Assembly (NCBI GenBank): GCA_951406725.2
Contig: OX597840.1
Span: 1,302,001-1,366,000, forward strand
DNA length: 64,000 nucleotides
Source: Octopus vulgaris
Lineage: Eukaryota
Direction: 5' to 3'
The number at the start of each line of letters is the position of its first letter. Within the stretch, counting starts at the first letter, position 1. Below the pieces are notes generated by a model. That model was not told the DNA's origin. It saw only the letters and a list, made by a program, of their open reading frames with translations, and ran no database searches. Positions 41,628-54,072 of this stretch are shown piece after piece. Made by a program: the position numbers and the translations under genes.

Positions 41628-41946
41628 GACTCCGCCGGTTACGACGACGAGGGTCCCAGCTGATACGATCAACGGAACAGCTTGCTCGTGAAATTAACGT
41701 GCAAATGGCTGAGCATTCCACAGACACGTGTACCCTTAACGTAGTTCTCGGGGATAATCAGCGTGACACAGAGAGTGACAAGGCTGACCCTTTGAAATAC
41801 AAGTACAACTCATTTTTGCCAGCTGAGTGGACTGGAGCAACGTGAAATAAAGTGTCTTGCTCAAGGACACAACGCGTCGCCGGGAATCGAACTCACAACC
41901 TTACGATCATGAGCCGAATGCCCTAACCACTAAGCCACGCGCCCTC
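41628..41946 (-). mobile_element. SINE type D (tRNA head, CORE-like domain) with the type C tail 1
   Basis: GTGTCCTTGAGCAAGACACTTTATTTCACGTTGCTCCAGTCCACTCAGCTG, then the same tail as 30090-30270. Confidence 0.9.
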
Positions 41947-42143
41947 ACGTCGGATACTGATAACCGGTGTTAATTTGCACCGTTTGGAATTGCTTGATTT
42001 TTTTGTGTGATATACACCATTCCCCAGTGTATTTGTTATAATACAGGGTTTTTTATGCCATACATGAGCCGCCTTAGCACAAGATGTTACAACTGATTCA
42101 TGGTGCATATTTTGCGAAATATTGATTTTTATAAGTAGAATAT

Positions 42144-42509
42144 AGGCGCAGGCGTGGCTGTGTGTTAAGTAGCTTGCTTACCGACCACATGTTTCTGGGT
42201 TAAGTCCCACTGCGTGGCACCTTTGGCAAGTGCCTTCCGGGCCGACCAAAGCCTTGTGAGTGGATTTGGTAGACGGAAACTGAAAGAAGCATGTCGTAAA
42301 AAAAAATTACAAGTTTAAAGATTTATAAATTTAAAATTAAAAAAATAAAAAAATATAAAAAGTTTTGAATTTAATAATCTAAATTTTAAATTTTATATTT
42401 TTTTATATTATATTAATTATATTTATTTTTAAGTTTTGGCTTATGTTTTTCACTGTTTGATTTGCCTAATAGTGGTTCTATCTCTAATTTAATTTATATG
42501 TATATATAT

Positions 42510-42567
<58 letters not shown>

Positions 42568-42790
42568 CTATATGTCTTTGTGTCTGTGTTTATCCGCCCA
42601 ACATCGCGTGACAACTGATGCTGGTGTGTTTACGACCCTGTAACTTAGCGGTTCGGCAAAAGAAGAGACCGATAGAATAAGTAGTAGGCTTACAAAGAAT
42701 AAGTCCTGGGGCTCGATTTGCTCGACTAAAGGCGGCGCTCCAGCATGGCCGCAGTCAAATGACTGAAACAAGTAAAAGAGTAAAAGAGAG
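42144..42790 (+). mobile_element. SINE type A with an AT-rich insert at the internal microsatellite position
   Basis: Head 42144-42297, ~200-bp AT-rich segment, microsatellite, 3' half 42560-42790. Confidence 0.88.
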
Positions 42791-43397
42791 AGTATGGCGG
42801 GGATTTGTGTCCCCCAACGTCGATATAAATAAGAGTGCAGTTTGCACGAAAAGCCAATATGAAAGTTTCTGTAACTCAACACAGATTGTTCAAACAACGC
42901 ATGCGCGTTTCAGCGGGGATAAATATTACCTCACCGTATTAATACTGCCTCTGTCGCTAATAAATACTTTTAACTTCATTTCACAAAGCCACATGCAAAC
43001 TATATTACTGTAATGTCATTAGGTTTGAATCAATTAAAATTCTCTCAGATGATCAGTTTATTGAATTTGTTGGAGAAATTGGAGAAGATTGGCTGAAGGA
43101 TTGAGTACCTTAACTATTGCTTGAAAAGAGGTGTCACCTCTCCTAAAACAATCCAGAACGTTCAGTTACACAAATGCTGTAAAAATTCCCTGACTTTAAT
43201 TCAGTTTCATTATTGAGCATCTACTGTGTCACTTCTAGTTGGCTTTCCATCAATACGTCTAAAAAACTTGACATCTGAAATGATAAGTTCATCCAGTTCA
43301 AGGCACCTCCTGTTCTACATTTATCCGGATTTATTAACCACTGTGTTGCTAGTACGCGTAGACTGACTGTTCCAACGACGGCAATAAATTTCTTTCT

Positions 43398-43782
43398 TTG
43401 GAAGCACTCCGTCGGTTACGACGATGAGGGTTCCGGTTGATCCGAATCAACGGAACAGCCTGCTCGTGAAATTAACGTGTAAGTGGCTGAGCACTCCACA
43501 GACACGTGTACCCTTAACGTAGTTCTCGGGGATATTCAGCGTGACACAGGGAGTGACAAGGCCGGCCCCTTGAAATACAGGTACAACAGAAACAGGAAGT
43601 AAGAGTGAGAGAAAGTTGTGGTGAAAGAGTACAGCAGGGATCACCACCATCCCCTGCCGGAGCCTCGTGGAGCTTTAGGTGTTTTCGCTCAATAAACACG
43701 CACAACGCCCGGTCTGGGAATCGAAACCGCGATCCTATGACCGCGAGTCTGCTGCCCTAACCACTGGGCCATTTTGCCTCCA
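43398..43782 (-). mobile_element. SINE type C, full length, tail 1
   Basis: Near-identical reverse complement of 29893-30275. Confidence 0.93.
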
Positions 43783-43909
43783 CAGAGGGTAATAAATATG
43801 CGTACTAAGAACGAAACAATAAATTTGCGCACCAAAAGCACAAACATACGGCTCTTCGTTCCTTAATTAATCACATGACAACAACTACCCCAATAGTGAG
43901 TTCAAATTC

Positions 43910-44555
43910 TGGCACAAGGTTTCAGGGAGGGGTTAATTGATTATATCGACACCAGTACGCAACTGCTACATAATATATGAAAAGTAAAGGTGATCGAGGC
44001 AGAATTTGAACTCAGAACGTAATGAGTGATGACATGTCTTAAAGTATTTCGTCCGGCTTGCTAATAATTCTACCACACCACTGCCTTCTACTACTCAAAT
44101 ATTCGTTTCTTCTCTAGGGACAAGGCTCGAAAATTTTGTGGAGAGGGCTAGTCGATTAGATCGATTCCAGTACGCAACAGGTACTTAATTCATCGATCCC
44201 GAAGGTATAATTGGCAAAGTCGACAACGGCGGAATTTGAACTCAGAAAATAAAGACAGACGAAATACCTATTTCTTTACAACCCACAAGGGTCGAAACAG
44301 AGAGAGGACAAACAAGGACAGACGAACGGATTAAGTCGATTACATCGACACCAGTGCGTAACTGGTACTTATTTAATCGACCCCGAAAGGATGAAAAAAG
44401 CAAAGTCGACCTCGACGGAATTTGAGCTTAGAACGTAGCGGCAGACGAAAGTACCTTTTTCTTTACTACTCACAAGGATCTAAACAGAAAGAGGACAAAC
44501 AAGGACATTCAAACGGATTAAGTCAGTTATATCGACCCCAGTGCGTAACTAGTAG
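43910..44555 (-). mobile_element. SINE type B cluster (one old copy plus tandem units)
   Basis: Repeated GGCAAAGTCGAC...GGAATTTGA units. Confidence 0.85.
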
Positions 44556-44652
<97 letters not shown>

Positions 44653-44653
<1 letters not shown>

Positions 44654-44927
44654 GTTTAAATATTTGTTGTGCAAGATTTTTTATATGAAGTCGTGTGTTG
44701 AAACAGATATTGTTATATTTCGGAATGGTCATATTGCCAGTTTAGCCTAATAGAAAACTAGAATGGAGCAATAGCACACACCACAACATATGACGATAGT
44801 GGATCCTGCAAACATAATAAATACACATATAATTAAAGAAATAGAAATGAATAACTATATATATGTATATGTGTATATATGTATATATGTATATGTGTAT
44901 ATATGTGTGTATATATGTATATATATA

Positions 44928-44978
<51 letters not shown>

Positions 44979-45449
44979 CGATTAGATTTATTATTATTAT
45001 TACTAATATTGTTGTTATACATACATACAAGCATATGTAATGATAATATTGGGTGGATATAAACACATGAACAAAATTAGAAAAAAAGCAACAACAACAA
45101 AAACAAAATACAAATTACAAGAATGTATATAACCAGAAGATACAAATATTACAGGCATTCCCCCCACACACACTAAATTAACATAGACGCACATAGAGAT
45201 ATAAGCATGCGCAAATGAAGACATAAAATAGAAATACAAAATGGCTGACGGTTAGTAAGGAGAGACACAAGTAAGTGAGAAGAAAACAAAGGACCACTGA
45301 TGCGGTCACAGGAGTGTGACGAAAGAACTTTGGCCGAAATAAGATTAAGATTAATGTAAAAAATAAATATCACTGAAGCAAAAGAACACCAAATATATAG
45401 TGCGTGTGTTTTTATTGGCTAAACTGGCAATATGACCATTCCGAAATAT

Positions 45450-45457
<8 letters not shown>
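44653..45457. mobile_element. Element with perfect 41-bp inverted repeats and an internal hammerhead-like motif (Penelope-type pseudo-LTR candidate)
   Basis: 44707-44747 is the exact reverse complement of 45417-45457; motif at 45291-45335; (TA)n flanks. Confidence 0.65.
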
Positions 45458-45501
<44 letters not shown>

Positions 45502-45730
45502 GTATATGTTTGTGTGTGTGAGAGAGATTTTGTGTCAGTGCTTTCCCGCATCACGACTTCACAATCGGTGTTGGTGCGTTTACACCCTCGTAACCTGGCA
45601 AAAGATATCGATAGAAAAAACTCTGAGGTTGATTTGTTCAAATACAGGTGCAAGCTCCAGAATGGCCACAGTCAAAGGACTGAACATGTAAAAGAAGAAA
45701 AGAATATATATATATATATATATATATATA

Positions 45731-45958
45731 GAGGCGCAATGGCCTAGTGGTTAGGGCAGCGGACTCGCGGTCGCAGGATCGCGGTTTCGATTCTCAGACC
45801 GGGCGTTGTGTGTGTATTGAGCGAAAACACCTAAAAGCTCTACGAGGCTCCGGCAGGGGTGGTGATCCCTGCTGTACTCTTTCACCACAATGGCGGTGCC
45901 CCAGCATGGCCACAGCTCAAGAGCTGAAACTGGAAAAACAAAAACAAAAACAACAACA
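45731..45958 (+). mobile_element. Chimeric SINE: type C head joined to a type A-like tail
   Basis: Type C up to CTCTTTCACCACAA, then TGGCGGTGCCCCAGCATGGCCACAGCTCAAGAGCTGAAAC. Confidence 0.8.
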
Positions 45959-45969
45959 AATATATAGTT

Positions 45970-46151
45970 AATCCAAACACGAGGACGCGGAACAAGTAAA
46001 GTATTATTGGACGCTCAGGAAAGAAAGAAAGAAGGAGGGTGTAACGTTTCGAGCGGAGCTCTTCGTCAGAATCATAGGAAAAGGAAAGATCCAAAGAAGG
46101 GAAGACGGAGGAAAAAAATCGCCAACGATACACACGTGCTCACATATTGAA

Positions 46152-46155
<4 letters not shown>
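45970..46155 (-). mobile_element. Short element with minimal hammerhead-like motif
   Basis: Minus: CTGACGA-A-GAGC tcc GCTC-GAAACGTTA; same layout and downstream TTCCTGAGCG as 61041-61262. Confidence 0.65.
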
Positions 46156-46207
<52 letters not shown>

Positions 46208-46514
46208 TTATATTTATATTTATGTATATATTTATTTATATTTATGTATATATATATATATATATATACATTTGTCATTGTCCTTTGTTTTTCTGTAAAA
46301 CCCACATTGCGGTATCCATGACAATTTGTTGACCATTCAACGTAGTGGAAAATGAAAGATATTCACAGAGGCGAACAGAATATTTGGCGCTAAAGCATTC
46401 AAAATGGACTGTGCTACACGCATACACATATACAAGTACATATTTCTACATATATAGATACATAAATTTGTGAATGTGTATATTTATTTATCTATATATG
46501 TGTATGTCTGTATG

Positions 46515-46552
<38 letters not shown>

Positions 46553-46554
46553 CA

Positions 46555-46614
<60 letters not shown>

Positions 46615-46753
46615 CGTATGTATATATGTATGTATATACATATATGGACGCCGCCTATGGCGGGACAGATACGGTGCGATTAATTTCAGTATCGGAATAT
46701 ACATGGAAATACAAAATCAAACTTCCAATTTTCTATATGTACATATACATACA

Positions 46754-46921
<168 letters not shown>

Positions 46922-47271
46922 TATACAGAGCAATCTATTTCATATCCATTTGCGTCCCTGTTCCTGCCAGGGCCGCCATGTTTATTGACTGCCGGAAGCG
47001 CTAAGTAAAACTACTTAAACCGTTTGTAATGTAACGCTGTACTTTGTCAATAAATTTTCAGGCGACACATCTTCATGGATTAAGCATGGCTGGGTGTGTT
47101 GTTTGTGCTCTGCATGTGTGCTTGTATGCGTTTGTGTTTATGCGTGTGTATGTCTGTTGTGCTTTACGTGTGCATGTGGTTGTGTGGTTGTGTCTGTGTG
47201 CTTTTTGTGTGTTACATGTATGCGATATCTGCAGGTTTTCAGTGAATTCGCTTGTGTGTATGTCTGTATTT

Positions 47272-47318
<47 letters not shown>

Positions 47319-47428
47319 CTCTGTCTATCTATATGTGTTGATTGTATCCGTTTGTATACGATATTTGCAGACTTTGTGCATAAGCCTTTTTACCTAAATA
47401 TGTGTTTGTGTGTATGTGTATGCGTCTG

Positions 47429-47493
<65 letters not shown>

Positions 47494-48157
47494 GTGTGTG
47501 TGTATGTGTGTGTGTGTTTATGTGTCTGGCTGTGTGTGTTTGTGAAGCTCATCATTTTCAGATATTCCCGGCTTCTCTGTTTCAGAGTTTGTGTGTGTGT
47601 ATGTGTTTCTTTGCGCTTGTGTGTGTGTGTGTGTGTGTGTGCACGTGCATGTTTGTATATATATATATATATATATGTGCGTGCATGTCTGTGTGTGCGT
47701 GTGTGTGCACGGATCTATGTGTGTGTTTGTGTGTACGTGTCCTATGTAATGCTTGTTTCTGATATTTGTAGATGGTCCGTGTCTCTGAAATTATGTTTGT
47801 GTGAGTGTGTACCTGTGTGCCTGTGTCTGTGAGTGTGTGTGTGCCTGTGTGTTTGAGCGTGTGTGCGTGTGTGTGTGTATGGGTTTGTCTTGTGTGTGTG
47901 TATGCGTATCCGTGTGCGATGTGTGCGTTTCTGTACTTGTGCGCATGCGTATATCATGGGCATTTATTTTGTTCTGTTCGTTACATGACTTTTCCTTCGG
48001 CGAATGAAAAGCAATCTTCATTGGAAATTGGCGAAGAACGAGTCGAGGCATGGGAAGGAAGTGAAAGAGGGCGAAAGAGATGAAAACGAACATGGAAAAC
48101 TGGGTAGCAGCAGTTATATGAAGATTAAGAGGGTTTGATAGAGATGTAGATAGATAC

Positions 48158-48198
<41 letters not shown>

Positions 48199-48264
48199 GA
48201 GAGAAATGGAAGAGTTCTTGCTCGTAAAATGTAGATGGAGCAGAATATTTCTCGTATATATATA

Positions 48265-48308
<44 letters not shown>

Positions 48309-48331
48309 TATATATATATAAATATATATAC

Positions 48332-48367
<36 letters not shown>

Positions 48368-48464
48368 TCACATGTGTATATATTTATATGCATATTCGCA
48401 TGTGTATATAAATATAAATATGTGCATGCTTGTGCATATGTGTGTATAAATACGTATATATATA

Positions 48465-48501
<37 letters not shown>

Positions 48502-48526
48502 GTATATACGTATATATGTATATAAC

Positions 48527-48596
<70 letters not shown>

Positions 48597-49068
48597 TGTG
48601 TTTGTAAACATGCTCGTATATATTACGTACTACATTTAAAGAAGCCCTGTCATTTAACGCTGTGTATATTCGTATATATATTAGTGCGTAAACATTCACA
48701 CACACACACAAATAAGCGGTCCCACCACACACAAGTCCTCGTATATTGCGCCTGAGTATGTGTAAAGTGAATTCATATGACAGCCATTTTTAGCGTCTCA
48801 AATTGTTATATCCTCGCAGTAGATCACTCCGAATCTATTTTTCACTCCATTCCTAAGACAATTATTAATTCGGATTTCTATATAAAGCAATGATTTTTCG
48901 TTTCTTCACCGATTCCTAGTCGACTTTTATATCAACGACACTTGCTGCCCACAATCAATACATGCTTACATACATAAATATATACATACATACTTTCATA
49001 CATAGATCATACATACATACATATATACATTATATACATACATAGACACATAAGTATCTAGGTACGCG

Positions 49069-49100
<32 letters not shown>

Positions 49101-49107
49101 TGTATAT

Positions 49108-49263
49108 AGGAGTGGCTGTGTGGTAAGTAGCTTGCTATCCAACCACATGGTTCCGGGTTCAGTCCCACAGCGTGGCATCTTGGGCAAGTGTCTTCTGCTA
49201 TAGCCCCGGCCGACCAATGCCTTGTGAGTGGATTTGGTAGACAGAAACTGAAAGAAGCCAGTC

Positions 49264-49307
<44 letters not shown>

Positions 49308-49510
49308 CTGTGTTTGTTCCCCTAGCATTGCTTGACAACCGATGCTGGTGTGTTTACGTCCCCGTCACCTAGTGGTTCGGCAAAAAGAGCCCGATAGAAT
49401 AAGTACTGGGCTTACAAAAAGAACAAGTCCCGTGGTCGAGTTGCTCGACTAAAGGTGGTGCTCCAGCATGGCCGCAGTCAAATGACTGAAACAAGTGAAA
49501 GAGTAAAAGA

Positions 49511-49512
<2 letters not shown>
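49108..49512 (+). mobile_element. SINE type A, near full length
   Basis: Colinear with other copies. Confidence 0.93.
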
Positions 49513-49552
<40 letters not shown>

Positions 49553-49664
49553 CCACACGCGTGGCTGTATGGTAAGTAGCTTGCTCCATGACCACATAGT
49601 TCCGGGTTCAGTCCTTTGCTAGTTGCGAAATCAGTTCCTTTGCTAGCCTACGGTCTCTATACTG

Positions 49665-50050
49665 CTTTACTTGTTTCAGTCATTTGACTGCGGCCATGCT
49701 GGAGCACCGCCTTTAGTCGAGCAACTCGACCCCGGGACTTATTCTTTGTAAGCCCAGTACTTATTCTATCAGTCACTTTGGCCGAACCGCTAAGTAACGG
49801 GGACATAAACACACCAGCATCGGTTGTCAAGCAATGCTAGGGGGACAAACACACACACGCATATATATATATATATATACATATATACGACGGGCTTCTT
49901 TCAGTTTCCGTCTACCAAATCCACTCACAAGGCTTTGGTCGGCCCGAGGCTATAGTAGAAGACACTTGCCCAAGGTGCCACGCAGTGGGTCTGAACCCGG
50001 AACCATGTGGTTGGTAAACAAGCTACTTACCACACAGCCACTCCTGCGCC
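49665..50050 (-). mobile_element. SINE type A, full length, inverted partner of 49108-49512
   Basis: Complete reverse-complement copy. Confidence 0.94.
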
Positions 50051-50811
50051 TATGCGTATCATTAGTCTTCAAGACCCTTTAAAGTATCAGGGACATACGA
50101 TTCTTCATTCTTTTCTTGAAAAAAAATCTTCATCCTAAACAGGGCAATATCTACGGGCGTCAGATACGAGAGATTTTGGTATCAGTGCTTGCAGTAGACC
50201 GAACTAATCTAATGGACTCCAAGAGCAGCACACTTAGCAGTGGTGATTATAGGGATGGACGTAGTGGTTGCGGTGGTCAATGGTAGTGATGGGGGTATGT
50301 AGTGGTGATTTTAGTTTTGATGATTAGAAAGGTGGTTGGTGGCGGAAGTTGTTACGGCGGCGGTGGAGGTGATGATTGACATCAAAGGTAGTGACGGGGG
50401 TGAAGATGGTGGTGGTGATGGCCGAGATGGTCGTGGTGGTTGCTGTGATTGTGTTCTCGTGTGTATCTGTGTGCTTGAGTGCTTGTGTGTGTATGAATGT
50501 GTGTGTGTATGACTTTGTGTGTGTGCTTGCGTGTGTGTATGTGTGCCTGTGTGTGTCGTACGCATCGTTTTTATACGATATTTGTAGACTGAGTGTTGCA
50601 AGAGATGTCAGCCACCAGGAGTAGGGAACACCTACAAATTATGGATGCACGGATGCACTGCAACACCGCATGTCCCTTGATCTGACCTCAACTCATTGGA
50701 ACTAATTTTGTTCCATACAAATTCTGTTTAGGACATTATCTAAAGTATTTTCTTTGCAAATTTGGCAGAGTTGCATGGGAACCAGATTTGCGTGCGAGTT
50801 CTTGGAGGACC

Positions 50812-50839
50812 ACTGCTGCTGCTGTTGCTGCTGCAGCTG

Positions 50840-50903
<64 letters not shown>

Positions 50904-51580
50904 AGTTACTAGAACAGCAGCAACAATTACTACTACTACTACTAACTATTACTATCACTACTACCGCTACTACTATCACTACTACCACCACCACTACTAC
51001 TACAATTACTACTACTACTACTATTACTCGGACTACTACTACTAATACTACTACTATTATTACTCGAACTACTACTACTAGAACCCCCTCCTCCTCCTCC
51101 TCCTACTACTACTATTACTACTACTTCGACCTCTTTTACTGTTCGTTTCTTTTTCTTACCCATCCTTGCTTTTCTTTTTCTTTTTCTTCTTGTCCCTTTC
51201 TTTTGTATTACTGCTACCACTGCCACCGTCGTCCCTACTACTATTACTAATAATACTACTCCTTTCACTCATACTACCATTACTAGTAATCCATCGTGTT
51301 TTTTTGTCTTCTCCCAATGCGTTCTTTTTCCTCCTCATTCTAATCCTTACCTTCTCCTCACGCCCCACTACCTCCTCTATTTCCTCCTCCCCTCTTTTTT
51401 CTCCACCTCCTCGTCAATTTCTTCTTCCTCATCCACTTCTTGCTCTACCTCTTCTTTATCTTCTCCTCCTCCTCCTCTTCCCTCCTCAACTTCCTCCTCC
51501 CTATTTTTCTTCTTCTTACATCTATCTTCTTTTCCTCATGTTTTTCTTTTTCTTCCTTCTCCCCTTCTTCCCCCCCCTTT
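50812..51580. repeat. (CTG)n/(CTA)n tract followed by a pyrimidine-rich (CCT/CTT) tract
   Basis: Directly visible. Confidence 0.9.
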
Positions 51581-51935
51581 AGTTATCCGTCTCTCTCTAA
51601 TTAGACGAAACTATAAAATATTTTGCAAAATATTTCATAGGACAAAATATTTCATTAGGACATTTAATTTTGTCCTAATATAACAATAGGACAACATTTA
51701 TCATGTTTACTCTCAACCAAAGTAAGAGTTAGGGTTACTCCATGATTCGAACCTATGATAGGTTACTTCATGATTCGAACCTATGATTCGAATTCGGTCG
51801 AATCATAGGTTCGACCGAACCTATAATTCGGTCGAAAGTCACGTGTTACTGGTTTTTTTTAATCAGAACCGAACTGGAGCTATATAATAAATCTATCACG
51901 GCAATTACTACAAGCTGCAGCATCAACAGCGCCAA

Positions 51936-52154
51936 CTACTCTATCACAACATCACGGTCACCACCACTACTATTACCACCAGCACCACCTCCACCACCAC
52001 TACCACCAGCACCAGCACCACCACCAGCACCACCACCACCACCACCACCATCATCATAATCACCACCACCTCCACCACCACCACCACCACCAGCACCACC
52101 ACCACCACCACCACCACCGCCACCACCACCACCATCATCATCACCACCATCACC

Positions 52155-52185
<31 letters not shown>

Positions 52186-52304
52186 GCAGTAGGAGGCCAA
52201 GCGACAGGGTGATTCAAACTGGCCGCTCGACCTGATAGAACTAACAATGAAATCTCCATTAAATCAGGCACAATGACTGATGGGGAACTAAATATATTTT
52301 TGGT
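51936..52304 (-). other. Candidate exon downstream of the micro-exon
   Basis: Strong acceptor TTTTTTTTCTCTCTATAG|ACC; phase-0 frame TKNIFSSPSVIVPDLMEISLLVLSGRAASLNHPVAWPPTA stays open through a (GGT)n tract to a stop at 51936; no recognisable domain. Confidence 0.3.
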
Positions 52305-52435
52305 CTATAGAGAGAAAAAAAATCATAAACACATATACAAACAAAAAACATGGCAGTCACGCCTGGGTTACATTTTGAAAATACATTTTGCTTCGATTTG
52401 AACAAAACTGACCTGCGGCTAAATTCAATCTACAC

Positions 52436-52745
52436 AAGAAGAAGAAGAAGAAGAAGAAGAAGAAGAAGAAGAAGAGGGGAAAGAAGAAGAAGAAGAAGAA
52501 GAAGAAGGAGGAGAAGAAGAAGAAGAAGAAGAAGGAGAAGAAGAAGAAGGGGGGAGAAGAAGAAGAAAAAGAAGAAGAAGAGGAAGAAGAAGGAGGGGGA
52601 AGAAGAAGAAGAAGAAGAAGAAGAAGAAGAAGAAGAAGAAGGGGAAGAAGAAGAAGGGGAAGAAGAAGAAGAAGGGGGAAGAAGAAGAAGAAGGGGAAGA
52701 AGAAGAAGAAGAAGATGATGATGAAGAAGAAGAAGAAGAAGAACA
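52436..52745. repeat. (GAA)n-based polypurine tract
   Basis: About 280 bp of uninterrupted purines on the plus strand. Confidence 0.95.
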
Positions 52746-53029
52746 AGAACCCAGCAATAAAAGAAACAACATCAAAAATACTAAGAACAAAAACAACAAC
52801 AGCAGTAACAGCAACAGTAACAACAACAACAACAACAGCTACAGTGACTTTAACAACAGCAAAGAGAGAATCACTACGAGCAAGAGTAACAACAACAGCA
52901 ACAACTCCTAACTTTCACAGTGTTTCAATTACCACAACCGCTACTACAACAATCATTCCAAATAACGATAAACTGTTTCACGTCACATTATTAAGGTGTT
53001 AAATAGAAAACAAGGCGAAAGTTACTTAC

Positions 53030-53056
53030 CGCCATTTTAGAGTCTAAAATTGGCAT
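53030..53056 (-). other. Candidate 27-nt micro-exon (MPILDSKMA in phase 0)
   Basis: TTTTTCTTCTCTACTATCTAG|ATGCCAATTTTAGACTCTAAAATGGCG|GTAAGT; the other two frames contain stops. Confidence 0.5.
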
Positions 53057-53475
53057 CTAGATAGTAGAGAAGAAAAATGGTATAGCATTATTGAAAAGTA
53101 TTTTAGCCGTGCTGCTTCAATAAGATTTTATGCTTCAGTGGTAAATATGATGGATGTCTCTTAAGTACGTATACTTACGCACACAGTTTGAATTCGAGGA
53201 ATGGAACATACACGCCGCATAGTTGCTCACACTCTAACAAATACGTGCATCTACGTGGAGGCATAAGCGGTGCACATACCACACCACACTACACTATACC
53301 ACGCCACACATAGAGTACACATTTACACACATACAAGCGCGCATGCATTTATGAACTTACGTTTATGTAGACATTCATCTACACGTACATATATCAACGT
53401 ATATTATACAACATGTAGAATGTTAAAATAGATTGATAGATGATGGGTATGTGCTAGTGAAGTACGTTGTGTATA

Positions 53476-53535
<60 letters not shown>

Positions 53536-53903
53536 TATGTATATGTATGAACACACGTATGCATGCACAAATACAAGCACACACACGGACGCACACACAT
53601 ATACAAATATATTTAAAAGATACTTATGTATTCATATATTCATTTATTTACGTGTGTCTATACGCATGTAGAAGAGAGTTTATATGTACGAAATACAGAG
53701 AGCGAGAGAGAGAGAGATCGATCTATATGTATATGTATATATATATATACACACATATATATATATATATATTTATATATACGTATATGTATATACGTAT
53801 GTGTGTATGAGCGCTGCTATGTATACATGCATACATAAATATATTCATATATATGTGAACGTACGTATAAATATATATAAATATATATACATATATATAT
53901 ATA

Positions 53904-53947
<44 letters not shown>

Positions 53948-54009
53948 TGCAAACAACTTGCACATGCAAGTGCTACAGTTAAAAGCTCCGTATATCGGAA
54001 GCTATGTAT

Positions 54010-54072
54010 GGGGTCATCAGGAGAGAATGCGCGCCGTTTCGGGGCCTACCTCTCGACGGCATCAATGCGCAC
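54010..54072 (-). ncRNA. Non-circularly permuted hammerhead-like motif in the LINE 3' UTR
   Basis: GCCGTC-GAGAG gtag GCCCC-GAAA-CGGC gcgcatt CTCTC-CTGATGA-CCCC: stems I and III perfect, all core nucleotides present, stem II non-canonical. Confidence 0.55.
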
